Under the pieces are notes generated by a model. It searched no databases, was not told where the DNA came from, and saw only the letters and a program-made list of their open reading frames with translations. Positions 28,764-40,331 of a DNA stretch of 64,000 nucleotides are shown one piece after another. Position numbers and translations under genes: made by a program. Every line of letters begins with the position of its first letter. Positions within the stretch are counted from its first letter, which is position 1. Origin of the DNA: Octopus bimaculoides (taxonomy: Eukaryota); the NCBI RefSeq assembly GCF_001194135.2, contig NC_068992.1, forward strand, positions 65,941,672 to 66,005,671, in the 5' to 3' direction.

Positions 28764-29166
28764 ATGCAGGATTGACTGAGTGGTAAGTAGCTTGCCTACC
28801 AACTACATTGTTCCAGGTACAGTCCCACTACGTGGCACCTTGAGCATGTGTCTTCTTGTATAGACTCTGGCTGACCAATGCCTTGTGAATGGATTTGGGT
28901 GATTGACACTGAAAGAAGCCCGTTGTATATATATATGCGTATATGTTTGTGTGTGTGTGTTTGTCCCCCACAACCACCACCATCACTTGACAACCGATGT
29001 TGGTTCGTTTACATCCATGTAACTTAGCGGTTTGGCAAAAGAGACAAATTGAATAATTTATAGGCTTACAAAGAATAAGTCATGGGGTCGATTTGTTCAA
29101 CTAAAGGCGATGCTCCAGCATGGCCGCAGTCAAATGACTGAAACAAAAAAAAAAGAATAAAAGAAT
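28764..29166 (+). mobile_element. tRNA-derived SINE family A, full length with internal AT/GT microsatellite
   Basis: Head GAGTGGTAAGTAGCTTGCCTACCAAC...CAGTCCCACTACGTGGCACCTTGAGC...CTGAAAGAAGCCCG, then (AT)(GT)n, then 3' module CTTGACAACCGATGTTGG...CTTACAAAGAATAAGTC...CCAGCATGGCCGCAGTCAAATGACTGAAAC and an (AAGAAT) tail. Confidence 0.85.
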
Positions 29167-29172
29167 GTAATA

Positions 29173-29460
29173 TGACAGTGCGTGGTTTAGTGGTTAGGGG
29201 TATTCGGTTCATGAGCGTAAGGTGGTGAGTTCGACTTATGGTGGTGTGTTGGGTCCTTGAGCAGGACACTTTATTTCACGTTGCTCGTGTCCACTCAGCT
29301 GGCAAAAATGAGTTGTACCTGTATTTCAAAGGACCAGCCGTGTCACATTCTCTGTTATGCTGAATCTCCCCGAGAACTACGTTAAGAGTACACGTGTCTG
29401 TGGAGTACTCAGCCAATTGCACGTTAATTTCACGAGCTGGCTGTTCCATTGATCGCATCA
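29173..29460 (+). mobile_element. tRNA-derived SINE family B, near full length
   Basis: A-box-like GTGGTTTAGTGGTTAGG and B-box-like GAGTTCGACT, followed by GTCCTTGAGCAGGACACTTTATTTCACGTTGCTC and the body shared with the 2140 and 47611 copies. Confidence 0.8.
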
Positions 29461-29556
29461 TATATATCGCTGTTAGAGGAACTACACACAGACACCCACA
29501 CGCACGGACACATAAACGCACTAATATGCATACACATGTCTTCGTGTGTGCATATG

Positions 29557-29612
<56 letters not shown>

Positions 29613-30659
29613 GCATATACATACATATATACATATATATATATATACATATATCCATACATATGTTTACGCGAGGGCGCGCACACACACGCACGCACAC
29701 ACACAAACACACACACACATATACACACAAAGCAAGTGGCAGTGTGCTGGTTAATCAAGTATATGTAATGCGTTCGTTAATATTCCAAGCACACTTTGAT
29801 TATATAAAAAGACGAAACAGTAGCGAATGCCAGACAATTATTTTCGACGCAAAACAAGCAAAGTTCTTCAAACAGTCAGTTGGGTAATTAAATTTTCTTT
29901 AATTAAGAAACACAAACGAAATTCTGAAACATCGATATCAATTCCACTGATTCCATTTCTCTACCATTTATGTTTGTTTTGTTTTTTTTTGTTGTTTTTT
30001 TCCATTGAATTTTTCAAAGCAAAACGTGATGTCTTGAAAGGAACAATATACAAGAAACGCTCTCCGTTGCATGAAATCTAGATGACCGGGTTACAAATTA
30101 GCGATTAACTGGTATCTTGTTGAACATTTCCTTGTTCAAGGTTTATGAATATATTATGCTAATCATCGGTTATGAAATAATGTGTTCGTATTATTGAAAT
30201 AAATGACAGGAATTTTATTCCAGAGTTCTATAAAGCAATAATTACAATTTAACTGAACATCATTGAGAATTATCTAGAATATAAAATGTATCTGAATAGT
30301 TTATGATATTTACGAAATAACCTAGCGACCCTCTTGAACGAAGCTCGTGAAATCTTAGTAAATGATGCCAGTGAATTCAGAAGTAATTGTGTAACCATTC
30401 TTCGTTTCTAGGAGAAAGACACAAATGAAGTGGGTGGGTTGGGGAGGGACATGTATTATAATAACTTCAAATTCACATCTATTCAGTAACAATGAACTCT
30501 TACTGAGCTAGTTTCGTCATTCACTTTCAATATCCGGTTGCATCTGTATCGATCGCGTTACACGGTCGGCAAATGCATGGAAATCTGATACTGTGCTTGG
30601 ATAAAAGAAGAATGCATGAGACCAATGCAGGATTTTTCGACATGATTTTGAATTTTGAT

Positions 30660-30870
30660 ATAAATCTGTGGCGGGGTGCCAGAATTAACGAAAAAGCTTT
30701 GTTGTGTTAGTTGGTTTCTTTATACTCTGAGTTCAAACCTGACTGAAATTAACTTTGGCTTTCATCCTTTTACGGTGAATGAAATAAGATACCAGTAAAA
30801 TACAGGGTTCTGTACAATCAAGTATATCTCTCCTTTAAAATGTGTGACTGTTTGCCAATGTTAAAAATAT
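30660..30870 (+). mobile_element. SINE family D, degenerate
   Basis: CTCTGAGTTCAAACC...AACTTTGGCTTTCATCCTTTT...AATAAGATACCAG matches the family D core. Confidence 0.6.
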
Positions 30871-31939
30871 TACTACAGGAATATGCGCGTGTTTTTGCGT
30901 GTATATATGTATCTATTCATGTGTTTATATGCATGTGTGTGTATGTGTGTGCTGATTTCGGACATTAAGAATGAATATTTTTGATTCTAAACATATATTC
31001 TTGTTACTATAGATATCCGTTCTTTCCGACTTGGTGCCTAGGAAACATCACATTTGACGACAGCAGTTACAAGTTAATTTCCGTCTCCATTTAGTTTCGG
31101 AAACGTCATTTAAAGCAGTCGCTTGAGACAGTACTGGGAAAATAAATCTTCCCATTTTGTTTTTTCTTCATGAAAAAACGCTTTAAGTAAACTTAGTTGG
31201 AAAATACTGTAAATTCGACTGCAATGCGCTCTGTTAACAATTACACACCGTTCATACATTTAGTTATACATTTAAAAGATTATACAACGATTTAGATTAT
31301 CTTCTATTCTTTATTAGTCCATTGGTAGTGGTTTAGGAATGTGGAGTATTTTTTCATTTCTGATCACTGCAGAGAAAAGCGTGCAACAAACTTTAAGAGA
31401 AAATTAGGGAAAATGACCACGTATGCTTTCTGCTCCTTAAGCAAATAGAAAATAAGCACCAACCAACATAATATAGGGAACCAAGACGTTTTATTTAATC
31501 TATTAATTAGTCCCTTTGTATTTTCCGCTAATTACTCTTCTAAGTTCTAACAAAAACCTACTGTTTATTCACTAAAATTCGAAAGAATGTCTCTGGTCAT
31601 GTAAGATTTGATAGTGACGATTGCACTATAATTCCTTGATGCGGTGTAATAAAACCAAAACATGTCCAAAGTTATTAATCATACTAACGCAGAACAGACT
31701 TTGCATTATAATCTATTTCTAATTCATTTCACTTTATGTGCTGAGGTGGTCTCCCCCTACTAATCTTGACAACAACAAATCACGACGAAAATTATTTTAC
31801 TCCTCATTAAGGTTGTAATTTTAAATTAATTACAATATCACGGATCACTTCATTAATTTACATTAGCAATAAAAACGCTATTTCGCTCGTTTACTTTTAC
31901 AGTTTTATAATTTATATTTTCCTCGCTTCACACGTTCCC

Positions 31940-32025
31940 CAACACCACTACCACCAACACCACTACCACCAACACCACTACCACCAACACCATCAACACC
32001 AACACCATCAACACCAACACCACTG
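31940..32025 (+). repeat. 15-bp tandem repeat CAACACCACTACCAC decaying into CAACACCAT
   Basis: Three near-perfect units plus variants. Confidence 0.85.
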
Positions 32026-32297
32026 CCCCACTTTATATAACAAACATCAATGTCATCATTTTAAGTCCAATTGAAAAAAAATTAATTTACACCTGAAATT
32101 TATTAAAGCTTGATCCATTTCTCTTCTTTTGTTGTTGCTGTTCTCTTCTTTTGTTGTTGTTTAACCCCCTGGTCATCCCTCAAAGAGAATGTCTGTTACA
32201 AAAGCGTCCCGGTTTAATCTCTGAAAATAAATCATTTTATATATTTTTTTGTTTTTTCATTTATTTTACGACCGTAAAATTTGAATTAGGAAAGATA

Positions 32298-32442
32298 CGT
32301 AACCTAACGATTCGGCAAAAGAGATCGATAGAATAAATACTAGGCTTACAAAGAATAAGTCCTGAGGTCGATTTTTTCGACTAAAGGTGGTGTTCCAGCA
32401 TGGCTGCAGTCAAATGACTGGAACAAATAAAATAATAAAAAA
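32298..32442 (+). mobile_element. SINE family A, 3' module only
   Basis: CGTAACCTAACGATTCGGCAAAAGAGATCGATAGAATAAATACTAGGCTTACAAAGAATAAGTCC...CCAGCATGGCTGCAGTCAAATGACTGG matches 29020-29150. Confidence 0.8.
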
Positions 32443-32446
32443 TAAT

Positions 32447-32548
32447 ATATATACGACGGGCTTCTTTCCGTTTCTGTCTAGCAAATCCATTCACAAGGTT
32501 TTGACCGGTCCGAGGCAATTTGCTCGCGGTGGCACACAGTAGGACTAA
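32447..32548 (-). mobile_element. SINE family A, 5' half fragment
   Basis: Plus-strand TATACGACGGGCTTCTTTCCG...AAATCCATTCACAAGG...CAGTAGGACT is the reverse complement of the family A head/middle. Confidence 0.75.
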
Positions 32549-33417
32549 TTCCGTACTGCATCTATTCACCTTCGGCGTTCAAACACATGCCACTGGCCAC
32601 ACTGAGTTATTTCTCTCAGCTCAGTTTTGTTTCGCTTATATTTATATACGTGTGCGCATTCATGTGCACGTATATATGTAAATGCAAACATATGCATTAA
32701 TATATATAATACGTTGATGTATGCAGCCCAAGAAATCTAACGCATATACACACCACGCTATATCCACCTCAATTCACCGACACCCTCCTACTCAACAACA
32801 AAACATCAGGTTTCCTGCCTCCTTCCTAATTTCCTCTCACAGAACCGCATTCGCACCTGGTCCCTAACAATTTTATATTTTTCCAACCATCTTTTTCCCA
32901 CATTTTTTATTTTCCGTATCATCTTTTTCTTATTCTGTAATTATTTTTCTGATGAAAGACTATCGTCCGAAACGTCGGCACTCCTCCCCTTCTTTTCTTG
33001 AGCGTTAAATTAATACATTTGCTAAAATGTGTCCCTCCTGTGCTGTATCCTGTTGGTGCCCATTGCCTAATAAGTGTATATTCATATAAACGTATACACA
33101 TACATACACACCACATATGCATTTGTTTATATATGTATATGCATGTATGTATGTGTATATACATATACATATATATACGTATATATATATATATATATAT
33201 ATANNNNNNNNNNNNNNNNNNNNNNNNNNNNNNNNNNNNNNNNNNNNNNNNNNNNNNNNNNNNNNNNNNNNNNNNNNNNNNNNNNNNNNNNNNNNNNNNN
33301 NNNNNNNNNNNNNNNNNNNNNNNNNNNNNNNNNNNNNNNNNNNNNNNNNNNNNNNNNNNNNNNNNNNNNNNNNNNNNNNNNNNNNNNNNNNNNNNNNNNN
33401 NNNNNNNNNNNNNNNNN

Positions 33418-33452
<35 letters not shown>

Positions 33453-33461
33453 CTGTGTGTA

Positions 33462-33497
<36 letters not shown>

Positions 33498-33697
33498 AAC
33501 ATACACACACAAATGCTGGTTTAACAATTGTAATAAAATCGATGGTTAATTCAGTGAAGTTGTTCGACTTAACATTTTGATATTGAGTTTGCTATTGTTT
33601 AGAATTATTTACCACATTTACATGTACGTGTCTGTGTGTTTGTATATGTGTGTGTGTGCGTTTGTGTGTGTATGTTATTAGAATTGTATGTGTGTTA

Positions 33698-33744
<47 letters not shown>

Positions 33745-33820
33745 TTTTTGGCGTTTGGGCGTGTGGTTGTGTATGTGAGTGAGATTGTATGCATGAAATT
33801 GTGTATGTGTGTGTATTAAC

Positions 33821-33851
<31 letters not shown>

Positions 33852-34090
33852 TAACATCACTTTTCTTTTATTTCCTTTCTTCTGTGTTTTGCCTGTCCGT
33901 GTCTTCTTTCTTTTCTTCCTTCCTTCTTTTTTTCTTAATCTTTTTGTAAATTTAGTTCTTTTGGCTTTTCTCTTCTTTTTTCTTATTCTATAGGAACCCA
34001 ATATTTCTGTTTTCCCTTCTACACACACACTGACTCACACCCTTCTCTCTCTCTATCCCTCCTCTCTCTCTCACACACACTCTCTCTCTC

Positions 34091-34130
<40 letters not shown>

Positions 34131-35745
34131 TTCTCTCTCACACACACACTCACCTTTCTGTTCTTCACAGCGACTTAATTTCACATCGTATATATATATA
34201 TATATATATATACGTGTGTATATACATATACACGTTTATATATATGTATATGTGCGTATACATATATGCCTATATANNNNNNNNNNNNNNNNNNNNNNNN
34301 NNNNNNNNNNNNNNNNNNNNNNNNNNNNNNNNNNNNNNNNNNNNNNNNNNNNNNNNNNNNNNNNNNNNNNNNNNNNNNNNNNNNNNNNNNNNNNNNNNNN
34401 NNNNNNNNNNNNNNNNNNNNNNNNNNNNNNNNNNNNNNNNNNNNNNNNNNNNNNNNNNNNNNNNNNNNNNNNNNNNNNNNNNNNNNNNNNNNNNNNNNNN
34501 NNNNNNNNNNNNNNNNNNNNNNNNNNNNNNNNNNNNNNNNNNNNNNNNNNNNNNNNNNNNNNNNNNNNNNNNNNNNCCATCCCACATAAACAGCTGTTTG
34601 AAGTGATTTCAAAAATTTCCAATCGTTCCCTTTATATATTTCGCCTCTTTCTTCTTTCATACGTTTTAGTATTCTCCCCCTCCACAACCACCATCGCCAG
34701 CACCATCGTCTTTGCCACCATCATCAACTCCACCACCACCGCCACCACCGATCAACCTTGACCACCAACACTCCCACCACTCCCATCGCCCTCAGCACTA
34801 TCCAATCACCACCTCCTTTACCACTGGGTTCTTCAACATCACCATCACCCTCAGTATCATTTTCAATACAATCCCTACCACCACCATCTCCAACAACAAC
34901 ACCACCACCACCATCACCACGATACACTTTAATCAATAGCCCATGCTACAGCCTGTTCCTTTATAACCTACTCCACCCCCTGCTGGAATTGTCCCCTACA
35001 AACCAGTCTAATCTATTCGAGAAGAGCAAGACCCCCACATCAGCACTGACTTTTCTTTAAGTAGATTATTAATTAATTACCAAAAGTGAAACTAATTAAT
35101 TAATTACTATTGTTTCTAATTTAATTTTGCTTTTCTTCTGTTTTCTCAAATAAAGAATTCCTGACAAATTGTGTGGGAACAACGGGTGAGACGCAGCTCA
35201 ATTGTTAAATATATAAATCGCTTTATTTTCTAAAACACTAAAATTTATCAAAATCGTGATCACCACCCCAGAATGATTATCAGAATTATAGCCTCTTTTG
35301 TCCTTGCTCTTCTTCTTCTTTCTTCTCTTTCTTCCTCTTCTTTTCCTCCTCCTACCCCTCTATTTCTTTTTTGTCCTTTTCTTACTTCTACCTCGTCGCT
35401 ATTTTTTTCCCTCCACAACACCATTATGAAGGTCGCTTCTATTATAATTATCTTCAGCGTCATGAAGATAAGTAAACTTCGTAAAGAGATGGCTTAAAAA
35501 GTATGTTTTTCCCTTTTAAGAATTTTATATTTTTATTCACACATGTTTACATACACACACACATATTTTTGTAGGTGTTCTCCCTTCACACTTGCACCGA
35601 TCTTTTTCAGCCATGTTGGTAGTTGAGTGCTGATCATCATCATCATCATCATCATTGTTGTGTTTATAATTATCATTATTAGGAGTTGTAATATAATTAT
35701 TAATATTAGCATTATCATTAACCAATTTTTTTCTTTTGCCTTCAG

Positions 35746-36065
35746 ATGGGTTCCTACGAAGACTCCGATGGTTACAAATACGTCTACACGCTCTACTACA
35801 ACTCATCAGCTGGGAAACTAATTCCTGTTGAGGGTGAAGACGGTAAAACTCGTTATGGAATGGTCATTTTCCAAGGGCTGCTGGCCTTCTGGGGATTTCT
35901 TGCCAACTTAATACTCATTATTGCCCTTGCTTCATCGAAAAGTGCGCGCCGATTGGTCATTACCTTGTACATACTCAGCTTGACCACCATCCAGCTTTTG
36001 ATGTGTGTTGTAAATCTACCATTTGCCGTTTACGATGATCTACACAAATGGAGTTTGGGACAAAG
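35746..36065 (+). CDS. Class A GPCR, coding exon 1 (N-terminus, TM1, TM2, ECL1)
   Basis: ORF MGSYED...GLLAFWGFLANLILIIALA (TM1, N1.50)...LSLTTIQLLMCVVNLPF (TM2)...HKWSLGQ(R). N-glycosylation sequon NSS. Ends at a strong donor CAAAG|GTATGT (36065/36066) after 320 nt (phase 2). The ATG is directly preceded by a polypyrimidine tract and CAG, so it sits at an exon start. Confidence 0.9.
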
Positions 36066-36094
36066 GTATGTATATGATCCGTCAGATGCATTCC

Positions 36095-36460
36095 GGCGCA
36101 GGCGTGGCTGTGTGGTAAGAAGTGTGCTTCCCAGCCGCATGGTTTCGGGTTCAGTCTTCTGCTGTAGCCTCAAGCACCCCGAAGCCTTTGCAGTGGATTT
36201 GGCAAACGGAGACTGAAAGAAACCCTTCGTACAAATGTGTGTGTGTGTATCTTTCTACCCTCCACTAGAGCTTGACAACCGGCGTTGGTGTGTTTGTGTC
36301 CCCCATAACTTAGCGGTTCAGCAAAAGAGAGCAATAGAATAATTACCAGGCTTTAAAATTTAAGTCTTTGTGTCGATTCATTGGACTACAAATTCTTCCA
36401 AGTGGTGCCCCAGCATGACCGCAGTCTAATGATTGAAGCAATTAAAACAAGATGAAAGAT
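36095..36460 (+). mobile_element. SINE family A copy in the GPCR intron, 29 nt after the donor
   Basis: GGCGCAGGCGTGGCTGTGTGGTAAGAAG...GGGTTCAGTC head, CTGAAAGAAACCC, (GT)n, 3' module ...CCAGCATGACCGCAGTCTAATGATTGAAGC. Confidence 0.85.
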
Positions 36461-37030
36461 ATGTGTGTGTGTATGTTCGTGTATGTGTGTGTGTGCGCGC
36501 GCGTGTGTGTACATATTTAAAAGCTTTTACAAAAGATACTCCATACAGCCACCATATTTAAAGAAAGATATTTTTTAGTTATTAATATTTTTTTTAAAAA
36601 CTATATATATATATATACATATACAGGCACGTAAATGTATATGTATATCTGTATACACTGAGAAAGAGGGAGACGTCTATGTTTGTGTATACGTGAATGT
36701 GCGTGTGCTGCCAAAAATATGGACTCATAAAAAGAGGAGGGAGAGGGAGGGAGGGAGGGAGAGAGAGGGCGCAGGAGAATAATGTGTGCCAATGCAGAGA
36801 ACAAGAGAACAATAGTCTTGCAGTGGTTAACCCTCAAACAATGACTTCACAAATATTCCGTCTAATTCTTACCATTCTTCGGTTCTAAACACACACAACC
36901 AGATAACGACTATCACACTCGGCACATCGATATCTCAAAGTCAATACGATCAACTGATCTGCCAATATCGAATTCGACTTTACAATTCGTTCCTCTAGAA
37001 ACATATCAAAGAGATCAATCATTGTATGTA

Positions 37031-37083
<53 letters not shown>

Positions 37084-37178
37084 GTATGCATGTATGTGTA
37101 TATATATATGTATATATACGTATGTATGCATATGTATGTATGTATATATATATATATGTATGTATATATACGTATGTA

Positions 37179-37249
<71 letters not shown>

Positions 37250-37922
37250 GTATGCGTGTATGTGTAATGTGACTCAATTAAATATTGTATTCTATATCAA
37301 CTCACAATATTTCAAAGAACTCGCACCAATACCTCGTCGATTAGCGCCATAGATTCCTTATTAAGTAAGACGTCTTTAAAACAAACAAGAGAACGCTACG
37401 AAGACAAAACAAGGAATTCCGATGGCAACTCTATAATGTGGCATGAATAGAAGAAAGGCGGTCTCGATCGATAATTTCAAACAATGTTATTTTAGACGTA
37501 AACAATTGATGATGTTAAATAATGTTGTGAAACATGTTTAATTAAGATTTAATGCCGCGATAAATGCTGCATAATGATTCCCGGGAAGGAAAAGGTTGAA
37601 GAAGGAAGGGCCTAGAACTAAGCATTACATGCATTGTATATATGTGGGGGGGGGGATGCACGCGCGTGCGTGGGTGTGTGTATGCGTGTATGCATGGGTA
37701 TTTATGCATATATGTTTAATAACAACTTGCCTCTGCTCCATGTTACCCGAAGTTTTGTGGGTGCAGAAAGGCGACTACATCCTCAGACGTACGAAGTCAG
37801 AATCGCAAGAATTTAAAGAGAAAATACTTGGAGCCTATATTTGTCACTAAACAGCAACATCTCTAACATACACACATTCGCATATATATGTATGCGTGCA
37901 TGTGTGTGTGTGTACAAGCATG

Positions 37923-37979
<57 letters not shown>

Positions 37980-38043
37980 CATGGTGTATGTATACACATA
38001 TTACTTGTATGTGTGTGTATACATAGATACGTACATACATACA

Positions 38044-38285
38044 GGCGTATGAGTGGCTGCGTTGTAAGTAGCTTGCTTACCAACCACATGGATCCGGGTT
38101 CAGTCCTACTGCGCGGCACCTTGGACAAGTGTCTTCTACTATAGCCTCAGGCCGACCAATAGAATAAGTACTAGACTTACAAAGAATAATTCCTGGGATC
38201 GATTTGTTCGACTAAAGGCGGTGCTCCAGCATGGCCGCAGTCAAATGACTGAAACAAGTAAAAGAATAAAAGAATAAAAGAATAC
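38044..38285 (+). mobile_element. SINE family A, internally deleted copy in the GPCR intron
   Basis: Head up to GCCGACCAAT joins directly to AGAATAAGTACTAGACTTACAAAGAAT (3' module); ends in (AAGAATA)n. Confidence 0.85.
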
Positions 38286-38531
38286 GTACGTACATACATA
38301 CACATACACACACACACATACATACACATACACACACACACACATACATACACATGCATATGATTATATGTGTATGAAAAAATAAGTTGCATTTCCAAAG
38401 CAGGAGGCAAAAGGTGTGGGGTGGATGGGGAGGAATAAAAGAATTTTGAAGATGGCGATAGCAATCATTCTATCCTGCCATTCGTTATAATATTTTCCTA
38501 ATTTTCTTCTCATTTCCTTTCTCTTTTATAG

Positions 38532-39210
38532 ATTTTGTGAAGCCTGGGTTTTAATGGACGTCACCCTCAGCTGTATTTCTGCTCTGGTCATTGTAATGAT
38601 GAATATCGATCGTTTGATGTTTGTCCTCGATGCGAAACGTTATGTGAAGAACATGAAGGTCATTGCTCTCATTCTGATGGTCATCTTTCCATGGCTGCTC
38701 GGCATTTCATTGGTCATCATTATATGGGTGAAAGGCAAACAGATTTTCCCAGATTTCCCAGGAATGTGCGTCTATGCGCTACACAAAGAATACGCCATGG
38801 TTTCGCCCTTTGTCATGTATTTCATCCCCGCCTTAATTATTCTAGGTCTTACCTTCGCCATACTGGTCACCGTGGTTCTCCATCCTCATCACCGACAACC
38901 TCCAGACGGAACCCATATGTTTGACGAACAAGGTCAACCACAACTTCCGTATCCGTTCCGTGAACACAACTCGCTGTTTTCCGTTTGTTTGGTCAACTTT
39001 TTTTTCCTTGCCATGAGTTTCCCCTACAACTGCGAAAATGCTGTCATGGCCTTTTGTGAGACGGATAATTGCATGCCACCTTCAGATCGGCCCCATATTT
39101 TCTATTTGTTAGGAATATCATTTCTCGGACTAAACCCGCTGCTGTGGTTAACGTACCAGGAGGTCCGTGGTGCTTTTCTCCGAATATTTGAAAATATATG
39201 TAAAAGATAA
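38532..39210 (+). CDS. Class A GPCR, coding exon 2 (TM3-TM7, C-tail); spliced product 332 aa, divergent aminergic (muscarinic/histamine-like) orphan
   Basis: Acceptor TTTCCTTTCTCTTTTATAG|A at 38531/38532 completes AG+A = Arg in frame, giving WSLGQR-FCEAWVLMDVTLSCISALVIVMMNIDRL (C3.25, W3.28, D3.32, DR). Then W4.50 (IFPWLLG), ECL2 Cys, YAMVSPFVMYFIP (P5.50), SFPYN (P6.50), NPLLW (N7.49-P7.50), stop TAA at 39208-39210. Confidence 0.92.
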
Positions 39211-39401
39211 ATGGTAACAGAAACGAACAGACCTGAAACGAAACGAAGATTCTTGTTTAAAAAAAAAACAGACAAAAAATGAAATTTAAAACGGAAATAA
39301 TTTTGAAATATTTGTTATGTTTTATTATTAATCAAAGATTTAAACATAAAGAAAAAGAAAAAAAGAACATGTTCTAAGATATATACATAAAAAAAAATAA
39401 T

Positions 39402-39407
39402 AATAAA
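39402..39407 (+). promoter_or_regulatory. Likely polyadenylation signal of the GPCR gene
   Basis: AATAAA about 190 nt after the stop codon, followed by a GT-rich stretch (GTCTGGTTGTTGT). Confidence 0.45.
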
Positions 39408-39704
39408 TGGTAGATTCTTATTAAAATGTTGATACTACGGATGTCTGGTTGTTGTACATCTGGCATTTATTTAGCTAGCAAAATGTTGAGTTTGAAATTG
39501 TTATATAAAGATTACAAGAACGATGATCGATGCGAGCAACGGGGAAACATGTCGAACAAACGTAATCAACGAATATTTTATTGAATAGAAACCGTTACAA
39601 GTATATTGTCTTATAAGTATGTACATATGATACATATATATATATATGATATATATATATATGTGATATATAGATGATAAATATGTATATACACATATAT
39701 TATG

Positions 39705-39803
<99 letters not shown>

Positions 39804-40296
39804 NNNNNNNNNNNNNNNNNNNNNNNNNNNNNNNNNNNNNNNNNNNNNNNNNNNNNNNNNNNNNNNNNNNNNNNNNNNNNNNNNNNNNNNNNNNNNNNNN
39901 NNNNNNNNNNNNNNNNNNNNNNNNNNNNNNNNNNNNNNNNNNNNNNNNNNNNNNNNNNNNNNNNNNNNNNNNNNNNNNNNNNNNNNNNNNNNNNNNNNNN
40001 NNNNNNNNNNNNNNNNNNNNNNNNNNNNNNNNNNNNNNNNNNNNNNNNNNNNNNNNNNNNNNNNNNNNNNNNNNNNNNNNNNNNNNNNNNNNNNNNNNNN
40101 NNNNNNNNNNNNNNNNNNNNNNNNNNNNNNNNNNNNNNNNNNNNNNNNNNNNNNNNNNNNNNNNNNNNNNNNNNNNNNNNNNNNNNNNNNNNNNNNNNNN
40201 NNNNNNNNNNNNNNNNNNNNNNNNNNNNNNNNNNNNNNNNNNNNNNNNNNNNNNNNNNNNNNNNNNNNNNNNNNNNNNNNNNNNNNNNNNNNNNNN

Positions 40297-40331
<35 letters not shown>

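Noticed and set aside
28650-32025. Short tandem arrays as CRISPR-like
   Set aside because: There are no unique spacers, the context is eukaryotic and there are no cas genes; these are plain minisatellites.
36066-36216. C-terminal part of ORF 35746-36216 as genuine coding sequence
   Set aside because: It lies past a canonical donor and is SINE family A sequence; splicing to 38532 restores the conserved WxLGxxFC motif.
36095-38285. Intronic inverted-SINE dsRNA driving editing of the GPCR
   Set aside because: Both intronic family A copies are in the same orientation, so they cannot fold back on each other.
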